64,000 bases of DNA from Syntrophorhabdaceae bacterium (GTDB lineage: Bacteria > Desulfobacterota > Syntrophorhabdia > Syntrophorhabdales > Syntrophorhabdaceae): the NCBI GenBank assembly GCA_963665295.1, contig OY762209.1:2656001-2720000 (forward strand), read 5' to 3'. Position 1 is the stretch's first letter; every line of letters begins with the position of its first letter. The notes under the pieces were generated by a model. It searched no databases. It saw nothing but the letters and a program-made list of their open reading frames with translations, and was not told the origin of the DNA. Positions 34,890 to 45,286 of the stretch are shown here, piece after piece. The position numbers and the translations under genes are program-made.

Positions 34890-37169
34890 ATGAAGAATGA
34901 GTTACACATTGTCGGTACACGGGTAGTGAGAAGCGATTCGCTGGCGAAGGTCACGGGTGACGCGCGTTACACAGCGGATATCACAATGCCTAGGATGCTC
35001 ATAGCCAAGGTGCTTCGGAGCCCCTATCCCCACGCGAGGATCGTACACATCGACGTATCGGGGGCTCTGAAGGCGCCGGGAGTCAAAGCGGCGGTGAGCG
35101 GCTTGGATACGTACGGGGTGAAGTGGGGCGTCTTCCGGTACACCCAGGACCACGCCATGCTCCCCACGGACAAGGTCCGCTATGTGGGGGAAGACGTGGC
35201 TGCGGTGGCCGCGGTGGACGAAGAGGCGGCCCTCGAAGGCTTGAGTCGCATCAGGGTGGAATACGACGTGCTCCCCGCGGTATTCGATCCCTTCGAATCC
35301 ATGGAGGACGGAGCACCCGGGATCCATGACGAGTACGACCACAACATCAACATCCACATCCACATCGACGTGGGAGAGGTGGACAAGGCCATGTCCGGGG
35401 CCTTCCTCGTGAGGGAGGATACCTTCAAGGCGGCGGGAGAGGCCTATGCCATGATGGAGCCCTACGCCGTGGTCGCCTCCTACGCGAGCGGCTACCTGGA
35501 CCTCTGGATGCCCAATGCCGGGCCCCACGTGCGGGCCAAGGCCCTTTCCAACCTTCTGAGGATACCCTTGAACCGTGTCCGGATCCGTCGCGTGAATAAC
35601 GGCGGGGCCTTCGGAGGACGCTCCGAGGTCGCTCCCGGGGACATGGTGGCATCCCTTCTCTCCATTAAATCGGGACGGCCCGTGAAGCTTGTCCTCTCGC
35701 GGGAGGAGAACGCCACGTCAAGCCGCCAGATCCACGACATTACGGCGACGATCAAAACAGGGATGACCAGGGACGGTATCATCACGGCAAAGGACTTCAA
35801 GGTCGTGTATGACGGAGGGGCCTACAGTTCCACGGGCCCCATAGCTGCGTCCATACCCTTCTATGTATACGAGGAATGCTACCGCTTCCCCAATGTCCGC
35901 TATAACGGATACCGCGTCTTCACAAATAAGGGGATACGGGGCATGTACGGCTGTCACGGCAGGGCCTTTCTCGCGGGGAACGAGTCCCAGATGGACCTCA
36001 TGGCAAAGGAGCTTGGCTTTGATCCCGTGGACGTGAGGATCAAAAACGGGCTTACCAGAGGCGAGGTGACGGCCACCAAATCGACGATCATAAGCTGCGG
36101 GCTTAAGGAGGCCATAGAGGCGGCAGCCGAAAAGACGCGGTTCCGCGAAAAGTGGGCGAAGGGTGAGAATATGGAAGGCATCGGTATGGGCTGTGTCGCC
36201 ATCATGTGCGGCTTCCCCATGGGTTTCCGCTCCGGCTCATCCTGTTTTGTCAAGATCAACGACGACGGCCAGGCCACCCTCGTGACGGGCCTCGTGGACA
36301 ATGGCCAGGGCAACGAGTCCATGGTCATCCAGGTCGCCTCCGAGATACTCGGCATTCCCATGGAGGACATCAACCTCGTGAACGCGGACACGGAGGTGAC
36401 CAACCTCGACCCCGGGGCTTATTCCCAGGCGGCGGCCTTTGTGGGGGCCAATGCGGTAAAGAGCGCGTGCGATAACGTGAGGAAGAGGATCGTCGCCATC
36501 GCGGCGGAGAAGCTGGGCGAGGAAGAGGCAGATATAGACCTTAAAGACCGTTCCGCCTATCCCCGGAAGAACCCGCAGAAAAAGATGCCCATATCCTGGA
36601 TTGTGAGAGAGGCCTTCTTCAGGGGAGACCCCATAGAAGGCACGGGGAGCTACTTCCCTAAGATCGACTTCGAGCGGGAGTGGGTGTCGAGACCTTACGG
36701 CCAGATGGCGGGCACCTTTTCCTATGGCGCCTCCGTGGCGGAGCTTGCCGTTGACCCCGAGACGGGGAAGATCACCATGCCCCGTTTCACGGCGGCCCAC
36801 GACTGCGGTATGCCCATAAATCCCATGGCCGTGGAAGGACAGATGGACGGCTCGATCCAGCAGGCGGGCGTGGCCGCCATCACGGAGGGCAACAAGTGGG
36901 ACAAGGGTTTTCTTCTGAACCCGGACCTTCTGGAATACAAGGTGCCTCTCGCCTGCGACATGCCGGAGATAGAGACGATCATCGTCGAGTCCCACGATCC
37001 TGAAGGACCCTTCGGGGCCAAAGAAGGGGGGCTCACGGTCCGGATGAACGCATACAGTGCGGTGGCCTGTGCTTTCACCGACGCCACGGGGACCCTGTTC
37101 CGCGAGCTTCCTCTCACGCCGGACAAGGTTCTCGCACTGCTGGAAGAAAAGAAGGAGGAAACGCGATGA
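34890..37169 (+). CDS. XDH/HcrA-family large subunit with altered active-site motifs
   Basis: RSPYPHA, GGAFGG, DNGQG, AHDCG, VEGQ retained; GMYGCHG and GAKEGGL deviate from the family pattern. Confidence 0.85.
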   Translation: MKNELHIVGTRVVRSDSLAKVTGDARYTADITMPRMLIAKVLRSPYPHARIVHIDVSGALKAPGVKAAVSGLDTYGVKWGVFRYTQDHAMLPTDKVRYVGEDVAAVAAVDEEAALEGLSRIRVEYDVLPAVFDPFESMEDGAPGIHDEYDHNINIHIHIDVGEVDKAMSGAFLVREDTFKAAGEAYAMMEPYAVVASYASGYLDLWMPNAGPHVRAKALSNLLRIPLNRVRIRRVNNGGAFGGRSEVAPGDMVASLLSIKSGRPVKLVLSREENATSSRQIHDITATIKTGMTRDGIITAKDFKVVYDGGAYSSTGPIAASIPFYVYEECYRFPNVRYNGYRVFTNKGIRGMYGCHGRAFLAGNESQMDLMAKELGFDPVDVRIKNGLTRGEVTATKSTIISCGLKEAIEAAAEKTRFREKWAKGENMEGIGMGCVAIMCGFPMGFRSGSSCFVKINDDGQATLVTGLVDNGQGNESMVIQVASEILGIPMEDINLVNADTEVTNLDPGAYSQAAAFVGANAVKSACDNVRKRIVAIAAEKLGEEEADIDLKDRSAYPRKNPQKKMPISWIVREAFFRGDPIEGTGSYFPKIDFEREWVSRPYGQMAGTFSYGASVAELAVDPETGKITMPRFTAAHDCGMPINPMAVEGQMDGSIQQAGVAAITEGNKWDKGFLLNPDLLEYKVPLACDMPEIETIIVESHDPEGPFGAKEGGLTVRMNAYSAVACAFTDATGTLFRELPLTPDKVLALLEEKKEETR

Positions 37170-38110
37170 TCCTGCCCAGATTCTCATACAAGAAAGCCTG
37201 GAATGTGGCGGAGGCGGTTGCGCTCTGTGAAGGACGCGCCGGGGCTGTCAGCTATCTCGCGGGAGGAACCGACCTTATGCCCCTTGCGAAGCAGCGGCTC
37301 GTCCTTCCCGAACTTATGGTGGACCTCAAAGGCGTGGAGGAATTGAAGGCGATCCGCGTTTCCGACGGACTCCTCGTCATCGGCGCGAATGTGACCCTCT
37401 TTGACCTTAAGAATCACCCGGTGGTGAAAGACCGCTTGACGGGGCTTGCTCAGTCGCTCGAAGCCACATCGTGCGAGACCCTTCAGATGCGGGGGACCAT
37501 AGGGGGCAACATTCTCCAGAACACACGCTGTCTCTTCTACAATAAATCGGCCGAGTGGCGGGCGGCAAAGGGTTCCTGCCTCAAGACAGGAGGGACGAGG
37601 TGCAACGCCGTTCCCGGCGGGAAGGTCTGTTTCGCCAACTATTGCAGCGACAACGCGCCGTCCCTCATCGTCCTCGGGGCGGAGGCCCGTTTCGTCGGTC
37701 CGGGCGGGGAGAGAAGGACGCCGGTGGAGAAGCTCTTTACCGGGAACGGGGTTACGCCCCATGCCGTAGAACCGGGGGAGGTGCTCACAGAGGTATCCAT
37801 TCCCCTCGACAAGGCAAAGAGCGCCTACGAAAAACTGCGGGTAAGGGACTCCATGGATTACCCCCTTGTGGGGGTCGCGGTCGCCTTGAAAGAAGATGGG
37901 GGAAGGGTCTGCCTGACCGGCATAGGCCCAACCCCTCTGGCTTACACTCTTGATAGTCTCGCCGCCGCGGCTATCGAAGACGTGGCCGGGAAGGCCTACT
38001 CCGACGCAAAGCCCGTGGCCAACACGGTCCTCACTGCCGCATACAGGAAGAAGATGGCCGCCGTCCTTGTGAGAAGGGCCGTTGAGAATGCATTGAAGGA
38101 GGAGAAATGA
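37166..38110 (+). CDS. FAD subunit with [4Fe-4S] insertion (HcrB/PaoB type)
   Basis: AGGTDL, GTIGGN, then RCLFYN...CLK...RC...VCFA. Confidence 0.88.
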   Translation: MILPRFSYKKAWNVAEAVALCEGRAGAVSYLAGGTDLMPLAKQRLVLPELMVDLKGVEELKAIRVSDGLLVIGANVTLFDLKNHPVVKDRLTGLAQSLEATSCETLQMRGTIGGNILQNTRCLFYNKSAEWRAAKGSCLKTGGTRCNAVPGGKVCFANYCSDNAPSLIVLGAEARFVGPGGERRTPVEKLFTGNGVTPHAVEPGEVLTEVSIPLDKAKSAYEKLRVRDSMDYPLVGVAVALKEDGGRVCLTGIGPTPLAYTLDSLAAAAIEDVAGKAYSDAKPVANTVLTAAYRKKMAAVLVRRAVENALKEEK

Positions 38111-38583
38111 GCGACGTGGTGAACATTATATTTCGGGTCAACGGGGATGCCGTGTCGGTCGGGGTAAAGCCCCACGAGACACTCCTCGAAGCCATAAGGG
38201 AGCGGCTCTCCCTCACAGGGGCCAAGGAGTCGTGCGGCCTCGGGGCGTGCGGGGCCTGTACGGTCCTCATGAACGGCATACCGGTCCGCTCGTGCCTCGT
38301 CCTCGCCGTGGAGGCGGAGGACACGGATATCACGACCATAGAGGGGCTCAAGGTTGACGGAAAGCTCCATCCCCTCCAGGAGTCGTTCATGGCCAAAGGC
38401 GCGGTCCAGTGCGGCTTCTGCACCTCCGGCATGATCCTCACGGCAAAGGCCCTCCTCGACAGAAGGGAGAAGCCGTCGAGAAAGGAGATCGTGCGGACCA
38501 TATCGTCCAATGCGTGCCGCTGCACGGGGTACAGGAAGATCATAGACGCCGTGGAGGACGCGGCGAAAGCGAAGTCACCATGA
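38107..38583 (+). CDS. 2x[2Fe-2S] subunit (HcrC/CoxS type)
   Basis: SCGLGACGAC, QCGFC, CRCTGY. Confidence 0.92.
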   Translation: MSDVVNIIFRVNGDAVSVGVKPHETLLEAIRERLSLTGAKESCGLGACGACTVLMNGIPVRSCLVLAVEAEDTDITTIEGLKVDGKLHPLQESFMAKGAVQCGFCTSGMILTAKALLDRREKPSRKEIVRTISSNACRCTGYRKIIDAVEDAAKAKSP

Positions 38584-38873
38584 AGGTCAGGGTCTCGGTC
38601 GATTCCAACCTGACCATACGGAACGTCTTTGAGCCTCCCCTTGTGATAGTGCTCGAAGAGGGAGATGCCACCCTCAGAGGCGTGCTGGAGAAGCTCGCGT
38701 CCATGTACCCCTATCTGCGGTTCACCGAAAGGAGTGAGATGGGCGATGACCTCCGTCATCTTTACCTCAACAGGGAAAGCCACTTTACCTTCCCCGAGGG
38801 GTTGGACAGGAGGGTTTTCGAAGGCGACACGATCAGAGTCGAGGTATACATGGACCCTCTGGCAGGCGGATAA
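38580..38873 (+). CDS. MoaD/ThiS-like ubiquitin-fold protein
   Basis: 97 aa; ATGA overlap with the upstream gene; ends EGDTIRVEVYMDPLAGG*. Confidence 0.8.
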   Translation: MKVRVSVDSNLTIRNVFEPPLVIVLEEGDATLRGVLEKLASMYPYLRFTERSEMGDDLRHLYLNRESHFTFPEGLDRRVFEGDTIRVEVYMDPLAGG

Positions 38874-39423
38874 GCGAACTTGCGCCTCGATACTCGATCC
38901 GAAAGTCCGGATGCTCTTTGGGCTCAAGGACCGATCTTCAAGACGGGGCAGACGGGGCGGAGTGTGTCACGGGCGGTCCCGCCCTCTCTCTGCAAACGAG
39001 AAAGGGGCAATCGCCCGGAGGCCGCCGATGCCTCATAAACTTCGCCGGCCTCCGGCTTCGGACGAGGCCGCCTCCTCCAGGAAGGGGTCAACGTTCAAAG
39101 TGAACCTCGGAGCTCCCGACATTTTCCCGACCCGAAGCATCGGACGAGGTGAAACCTTTGCGCGCCTGCAAAGGCAGCATCGGGCACACCATGAGGACCC
39201 GGGAATTAATGGGCTGGAATCAAGAATAACCGCCGGGATCATTGTTCAATAACTCCCATTGCGACATGTCGAGAGCGCTCCCTCCGTCGACATTCGACAT
39301 CATGTCGACAGCCCACTAAAATTTCTTATACTACTATAAATTTATTTGACTTGTTATTCCACTTCAACATAACAGAAAATATTATATGGAATGAATGTCA
39401 AGCGGGAAAGGAGGGTGTGTGTG

Positions 39424-42086
39424 ATGAAGAAGGTGACCATAACGCTAAACGGTTCTCTGCGCCAGTTCGTCGTCGAGCCGGACCGTATTCTTCTTGATCT
39501 CCTGAGAGAAGACCTGGGCCTCACCGGGGCCAAACAGTCCTGTGACCGAAAGGGCCAGTGCGGCGCATGCACAGTAATCGTCAACGGGAAGACGGTGTTG
39601 TCCTGTGTGACCAGGGTGGCGAACCTGGACGGGGCGGAAGTCATCACGGTGGAAGGGCTCGGGACCCCCGCCAACCCGCACCTGATACAGGAAGCGTTCG
39701 TCCTGTCCGGCGCCATCCAATGCGGTTTCTGCATCCCGGGCATGATCATGGCTGCCAAGGTCCTTCTGGACAAGAACCCCGACCCCGGCACGGAGGAGAT
39801 CAAGAAGGCCCTTCAGGGGAACCTTTGCCGCTGTACGGGCTACGTAAAGATCATCGATGCGGTGAAGCTGGCCGCTCGGTTTCTTCGGGGCGAGACCACG
39901 CCCGGCGCGGTAAGGCCCGACCCCTCGAAGGGGGTTATCGGGGTTTCTCTCCCCAGGCCTTCTTCGCTGATCAAGGCGTGCGGAGTGGCCCAGTTCGGCG
40001 CGGACATCTACCCTCGGGGGGCGCTCGAGCTCGTTGCGGTGCGGAGTCCCCACGCCCATGCCCTTATCCGCTCCATCGACACCTCGGATGCAGAAAAGAT
40101 GCCGGGTGTCGCAGGGGTGATCACGGCAAAAGACATCAAGGGGAACAACAGAAACGGCGACATGGTAATCCTGTGCGACAAGAAGGTCCACCTTCTTGGG
40201 GACGCGGTGGCGGCTGTGGCGGCGGAGACGAGGAAACAGGCTCTGGTTGCGGCAAAAGCCGTCCGCGTGGAGTACGAGCTGCTCCCCGAGGTGAGGACTA
40301 TTGAGGACTCCCTGGGCGAGGGGGCTCTTCAGGTGCACGAAGACGGGCCCAACCTGAAGTTCAGTCATCCCCAGATCAAGGGGGATGCCGAGACGGCCTT
40401 GAAGAATTCCCATACCGTCGTCGAGGCACGGTTTTCCACCTCCATGATCCATCAAGCCCCTCTGGAACCGGAGGTATCGGTTGCCTATATGGAAGGCGAG
40501 GGGGAGGACGCGAAGCTGGTGGTCCTGGGACGGGGGATCAATATTCATTCCATGGCAAAGTCGCTCCAGGACGCCCTCGGCTGGGACAACGTGAGGTACG
40601 AGGAGCCCTTTGTCGGGGGGCAGTTCGGCATGAAGACCGGTTTCACCACCGAGGGTCTGGCCGGGGCCGCGGCTTTGCACTTCCGTCGTCCTGTGCGCTA
40701 TGTATGCAGCCTCCACGAATCGATGCTCATATCCTCCAAACGCCATCCCCATGTACACAGGGTCCGCTTGGGAGCCGACAGGAGCGGAAGGATTACCGCC
40801 TATACGACGGACTTTGATGTGGAGGGCGGAGCCTATTCGTTCGGCGGCCCCGTCTACATCGTGAGGTCTCTCCAGATGCTGAGCGGACCCTATGACATCC
40901 CCAACGTCAAGGCCTTCGGAAGACTCTACAAAACCAATAATGCCTCCGGCGGGGCCGCCCGGGGGGCCGGGCCCCCACAATCGAACTTTGCCCTGGAATC
41001 CGCCATCGACCTTATGGCCCGTGAACTGGGCATAGACCCCTGGGAGTTCCGCTATATGAACACCCTGGAACCCGGGGGGACCATGTCGACCGGCGAAGTG
41101 GCCGACCAGTGGCCATACAAAGACTGTCTCGAAGTCCTCCGACCTCACTACGAAAGGGCCCTCGGTGAAGCCGGATCCTTCAGGAGCGGGAGACTGCGCC
41201 GTGGAGTGGGCATAGCCGGGGCTGCCTTCGGCATCGGTGCCCCCATGCCTAAGGATCAGGCTACGGTGCCGTCGAGCTGCACGAGGACGGCGGCCTTACC
41301 GTATATGCCGCCGCGGCCGACCCCGGCGAAGGAACAGACTCCATGCTGAGCCAGATCGCTTCCCATCTCACGGGGATAGCCTTCGATAAGATCAGACTTG
41401 TGACCAGGGACACGGACAGGGCCCCGGCCGTGGGCTCGGCGTCCGCGAGCCGCATCACCTACATGGTCGGAGGTGCCCTGGTTCTTGCGATCGAGAAACT
41501 GCAGGAGGCACTGAAGGAAGCGAAAGCCCCCGGGTATGACGGACTCATCGCCGAGGGAAAACCCGTCAGATACCTGGCAACCAGGATTGCCGACACTACC
41601 CCTATGGACCCCAAGACGGGACAGGGCGTATTTTATGAAGTTCGCGTCCTGGGATGCCAGATGGCGGAGGTGGAGGTGGATATTGAAACCGGGGACGTAA
41701 GGATAGTGCACATGACCGCGGTGGAAGACATAGGCACCGTCATCAATCCGGGCAATGTTGAAGGTCAGATGCAGGGAGGCCTGGACATGGGGGTGGGGAT
41801 GGCGCTGAGGGAGGAGTATATCCACGGGGTCACCAGGGATTGGAGGACCTTCAAATTCCCCACGATGAAGACGTCTTTCCCCATGACCGCCATCACCTTG
41901 CAGACTCCCCGGAAGAAGGCGCCCCTGGGGGCAATAGGGGTGGGTGAATTCGTGCTGCTGCCCACCTCGGCCGCTGTCATGAACGGCATACACGACGCCA
42001 CCGGGGTAAGGATATATGACCTTCCGGCCAAGCCGGAGCGAGTGCGGGCGGCCCTGGCCGCAAAGGCGGGCCGGGGAGGGCCTTGA
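39424..42086 (+). pseudogene. Mop-type aldehyde oxidoreductase (fused 2Fe-2S and Mo domains) with a single frameshift near 41268
   Basis: ORFs 39391-41349 and 41343-42086 join into one protein if one base is restored at ACG GT(G) GCC GTC GAG CTG; may be a sequencing error. Confidence 0.8.
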
Positions 42087-42089
42087 GTC

Positions 42090-42443
42090 ATGGCCGGGGA
42101 GGGCGCGATCTCTGCCCTTGGGACACATGTCCGGTCCATCTCGGGGAAGGAGGTCTACTTCGACAAAGAGGGTTACTTTCTCTGTGCCCATGATTGGACG
42201 GAGGAGATGGTGGAGGTCCTATCCGGCGAGATGGGAATCGGGACGCTCAGTCAAGGGCAGTGGCAGGTGATCCATTTCTTGCGCGCCTATTACCTCGGCA
42301 ATGGGAAAGCCCCCCTCCACTCGGAGTTGAAAACAGGGCTCGGATGCAGCCTCATGGAGCTTGAATCGATGTTTCCGGGCGGCATCCGCAAGGGAGCCCG
42401 CCTCCTGGCGGGATTGCCCAACCCTCAGTCGTGCAACGAGTAG
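42090..42443 (+). CDS. TusE/DsrC-family sulfur relay protein
   Basis: DKEGY...DW...WQVIHFLR...FPGG...AGLPNPQSC. Confidence 0.88.
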   Translation: MAGEGAISALGTHVRSISGKEVYFDKEGYFLCAHDWTEEMVEVLSGEMGIGTLSQGQWQVIHFLRAYYLGNGKAPLHSELKTGLGCSLMELESMFPGGIRKGARLLAGLPNPQSCNE

Positions 42444-42450
42444 GTGCGCC

Positions 42451-43626
42451 GTGCGGCCGACCGTTAAGCCCCTCATCTACGTGGACAACGCCGCGACCAC
42501 TTTCCCGAAGCCCCACGACGTCCTGGCGGAGATGTTCGAGATCTACGAGGCCAAAGGCGTATCCCCCGGCAGGGGGAGCTATGACCTGAGCGTCGAGGCC
42601 GAAGAGCGTGTTGACAAAGTGAGAAGGCAGGTATCGGCGTTCTTCGGCGGTGACGACCCCTCGCGCGTGGCCTTCACCTATAACGCGACGGACGCGCTTA
42701 ATCTACTCATTCAGGGGCTTGTCGAGCCGGGCTCCCACGTGGTCAGCTCCCGGCTTGAGCACAATTCAGTGCTCCGGCCCCTGCACCATTTTGCAGAGCG
42801 GGGGGTGATAGGCCTGACCCTTGTGCCATTTGACGGCCAGGGCTTCATTGACCCCACGGACGTGGCGCGTGCGATTACGCCGAAGACCCGACGCGTGGTC
42901 CTTGTTCACGGCTCAAACGCACTGGGAACGGTACAACCGGTGGAATCCATCGGCGCCCTGTGCGCGGAGCGCAATGTGCCGCTCATTCTCGATATCACCC
43001 AGACGGCGGGTATCGTGCCCGTTGACATGGGGAAATGGGGTGTGAGCGCGCTGGCTTTTACGGGTCACAAATCGCTTTACGGTCCGACGGGGATCGGAGG
43101 GCTTGTGCTCAGTCGAGGTCTTGACGTCCGCACTACCAGGTTTGGCGGCACGGGGCTCAATTCAGCGAGCACCGTTCATTCACAGGCCTATCCGCAACGG
43201 CTTGAAGCGGGCACCATCAACATCCTGGGCGTGATCGGCCTTTCCGCCGGGATCCGTTACGTGGAAAGGCAGGGGCTGTCCAACCTCTATTCGCGCGAGA
43301 TGGCCCTCACCAGGCAACTCCGCGACGGCCTGTCTCTTCTGAGGGGGGTGCGGCTCTACTGCGCAGGGTCTCTCGCGAACCACCTGCCCATACTGCTCGC
43401 CGATATTGAAGGTATGGACTCCGAGCAGGTCAGCGCCATCCTGGACGGCGATTTCGGCATCGCCACCAGGGGTGGGCTTCATTGCGCTCCCTTGGTCCAC
43501 CAGGACCTGGGGACGAGCCCCGGAGGCGGGATACGGTTCAGTCTGGGAGCTTTCAACACCGCCGGCGAGATCGACAGGATACTCGAAGCGATGGCCTCCA
43601 TATGCCGATGGAGTGCGAGCCGGTAA
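42451..43626 (+). CDS. Class V PLP cysteine desulfurase-like protein (second paralog)
   Basis: YVDNAATTFPKP, GHKSL, RGGLHCAP. Confidence 0.88.
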   Translation: MRPTVKPLIYVDNAATTFPKPHDVLAEMFEIYEAKGVSPGRGSYDLSVEAEERVDKVRRQVSAFFGGDDPSRVAFTYNATDALNLLIQGLVEPGSHVVSSRLEHNSVLRPLHHFAERGVIGLTLVPFDGQGFIDPTDVARAITPKTRRVVLVHGSNALGTVQPVESIGALCAERNVPLILDITQTAGIVPVDMGKWGVSALAFTGHKSLYGPTGIGGLVLSRGLDVRTTRFGGTGLNSASTVHSQAYPQRLEAGTINILGVIGLSAGIRYVERQGLSNLYSREMALTRQLRDGLSLLRGVRLYCAGSLANHLPILLADIEGMDSEQVSAILDGDFGIATRGGLHCAPLVHQDLGTSPGGGIRFSLGAFNTAGEIDRILEAMASICRWSASR

Positions 43627-43769
43627 TACCCTCCTGGCCCGTGACCGGCGCCGGCGAAACCCGTCCGGCGAGGAAGCGAACATAGTCGCGGGAGGAAGCA
43701 AAGAAACGGATCCGTTTGATATTTATTCAACTGGCTGGGTCGATGCCCATCGCCACGGCCGCCGCAAGG

Positions 43770-43941
43770 ATGAAATATGACCTCCTTCACCTTCCGGTCA
43801 AAAAGATCGTCTACCATGAAGGTCTTGAGTCCGACGAGAAAGGGCGAAGGCAAGGGAAAATAAAAATGGATCTATGGGAATTGCCTCCCATAGATCCCAA
43901 AGATTTGAACTCAACAAACGGGGTTTGCTGAGAGTCTTACA
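43770..43941 (+). pseudogene. Possible C-terminal remnant of a large serine recombinase abutting the tRNA 3' end
   Basis: DLLHLPVKKIVY...KIKMDLWELPPIDP; after a one-base frameshift it reads GFAESLTWLPGQDSN into the tRNA antisense strand. Confidence 0.4.
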
Positions 43942-44018
43942 TGGCTCCCCGGGCAGGACTCGAACCTGCAACCTACTGGTTAACAGCCAGCCGCTACTGC
44001 CGATTGAGCTACCGAGGA
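43942..44018 (-). tRNA. tRNA-Asn (GTT)
   Basis: TCCTCGG/CCGGGGA acceptor stem, anticodon arm CTGG-CTGTTAA-CCAG, GGTTCGAGTCC, encoded CCA. Confidence 0.97.
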
Positions 44019-44248
44019 ACGAAAGTAACGGTAAACAGTAAACTACAAAATTGACCCGGTGTCAAGGATTACTTGCTTTCTCCCGGTGGGCGGGACAGGA
44101 GTTTTTGAAGCCCGTATCGCTTCCCGGCTCCGACCGGTCGAAGGAAGCGAGGCCCCGCGCCCGCGGGCCGACTTGATTTCCTGAAAGAAAGGTCATATTA
44201 TGGCTCTAGGGAATCATTGGTTATACGGAAGAAAAGCGGAGGGCGATC

Positions 44249-45283
44249 GTGACCGTAGGCATAGTGAGGCATGAGATCTACCTGGAGCACATGAATGAAG
44301 ACTACCATCCGGAAAGCCCGGAGAGACTGACCCATGTTTACAGGACGCTGGACGAGATGGGGAAGGACGGGTTGGCGTACATCCCTCCGAGGCCGGCGAC
44401 TCATGAAGAGGTGGCCCTCATTCACGAGCCCGCATATATAGAGTCCGTAGCCGCCACAAAGGGGAGGGCCTACACGAGGCTCGATCCGGATACCGCCACT
44501 TCGCCGAAGTCCTACGAGGCAGCTTTAATGGCAGTGGGCGGAGTGCTGGAGCTTCTCGACAGCATGGAGAAGTCCCGGGTGAAATCGGGGTTTGCCCTCG
44601 TGAGACCTCCGGGACACCACGCCGAGAGGTCGCGGGCCATGGGATTTTGCCTCTTTAACAACATAGCTATAGGCGCCCGCTATGTACAGAGGAAATATGG
44701 CCTGAAACGGATACTCATCGCAGATTTCGATCTTCACCATGGGAACGGGACGCAGCACAGCTTTTACCACGACCGGGAGGTGCTTTACTTCTCGGCGCAT
44801 CAGTACCCCCATTACCCCGGTACGGGAGGTATCAGAGAGACGGGAGACGGAGACGGCCGGGGATACACGGTAAATGTCCCCCTCTCATACGGAATGGGGG
44901 ATGATGATTACGAATACGTCTTCAGAAACATCCTTGTGCCTGTGGCGGACCTCTATGAACCTGAGATCGTGCTCGTGTCCGCGGGGTTTGACGCATACTA
45001 CAACGATCCCCTGGGCGGCATGACCGTCACGGAGCAGGGATTTGCGGTCATGACGCGGATTTTGCTCGATATCGCGGAGAAACACTGCAAGGGCAAGGTG
45101 GCCTGTGCCCTTGAAGGCGGATATGATGTACAGGGGTTGGCTGGTTCGGTGAAGGCGGTGATCCTCGAACTCAAGGGAATAACCGCCATCAGTCCGCATA
45201 GAGAAATAAGCCCGTCGGAGGAGACCTTGCAGGTTGTGGAAAAGGTGAAGGGCGCGTTGAAGCCCTTCTGGGCAGAGCTTTAG
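44249..45283 (+). CDS. Histone deacetylase-family protein
   Basis: HPESPER, RPPGHHA, DFDLHHGNGTQ, SAGFD, LEGGY. Confidence 0.93.
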   Translation: MTVGIVRHEIYLEHMNEDYHPESPERLTHVYRTLDEMGKDGLAYIPPRPATHEEVALIHEPAYIESVAATKGRAYTRLDPDTATSPKSYEAALMAVGGVLELLDSMEKSRVKSGFALVRPPGHHAERSRAMGFCLFNNIAIGARYVQRKYGLKRILIADFDLHHGNGTQHSFYHDREVLYFSAHQYPHYPGTGGIRETGDGDGRGYTVNVPLSYGMGDDDYEYVFRNILVPVADLYEPEIVLVSAGFDAYYNDPLGGMTVTEQGFAVMTRILLDIAEKHCKGKVACALEGGYDVQGLAGSVKAVILELKGITAISPHREISPSEETLQVVEKVKGALKPFWAEL

Positions 45284-45286
45284 CCT

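Noticed and set aside
44110..44150. Hairpin containing GAAGGAAGC as SRP RNA
   Set aside because: Lacks the CAGG/AGCAG internal loop and the long SRP stem
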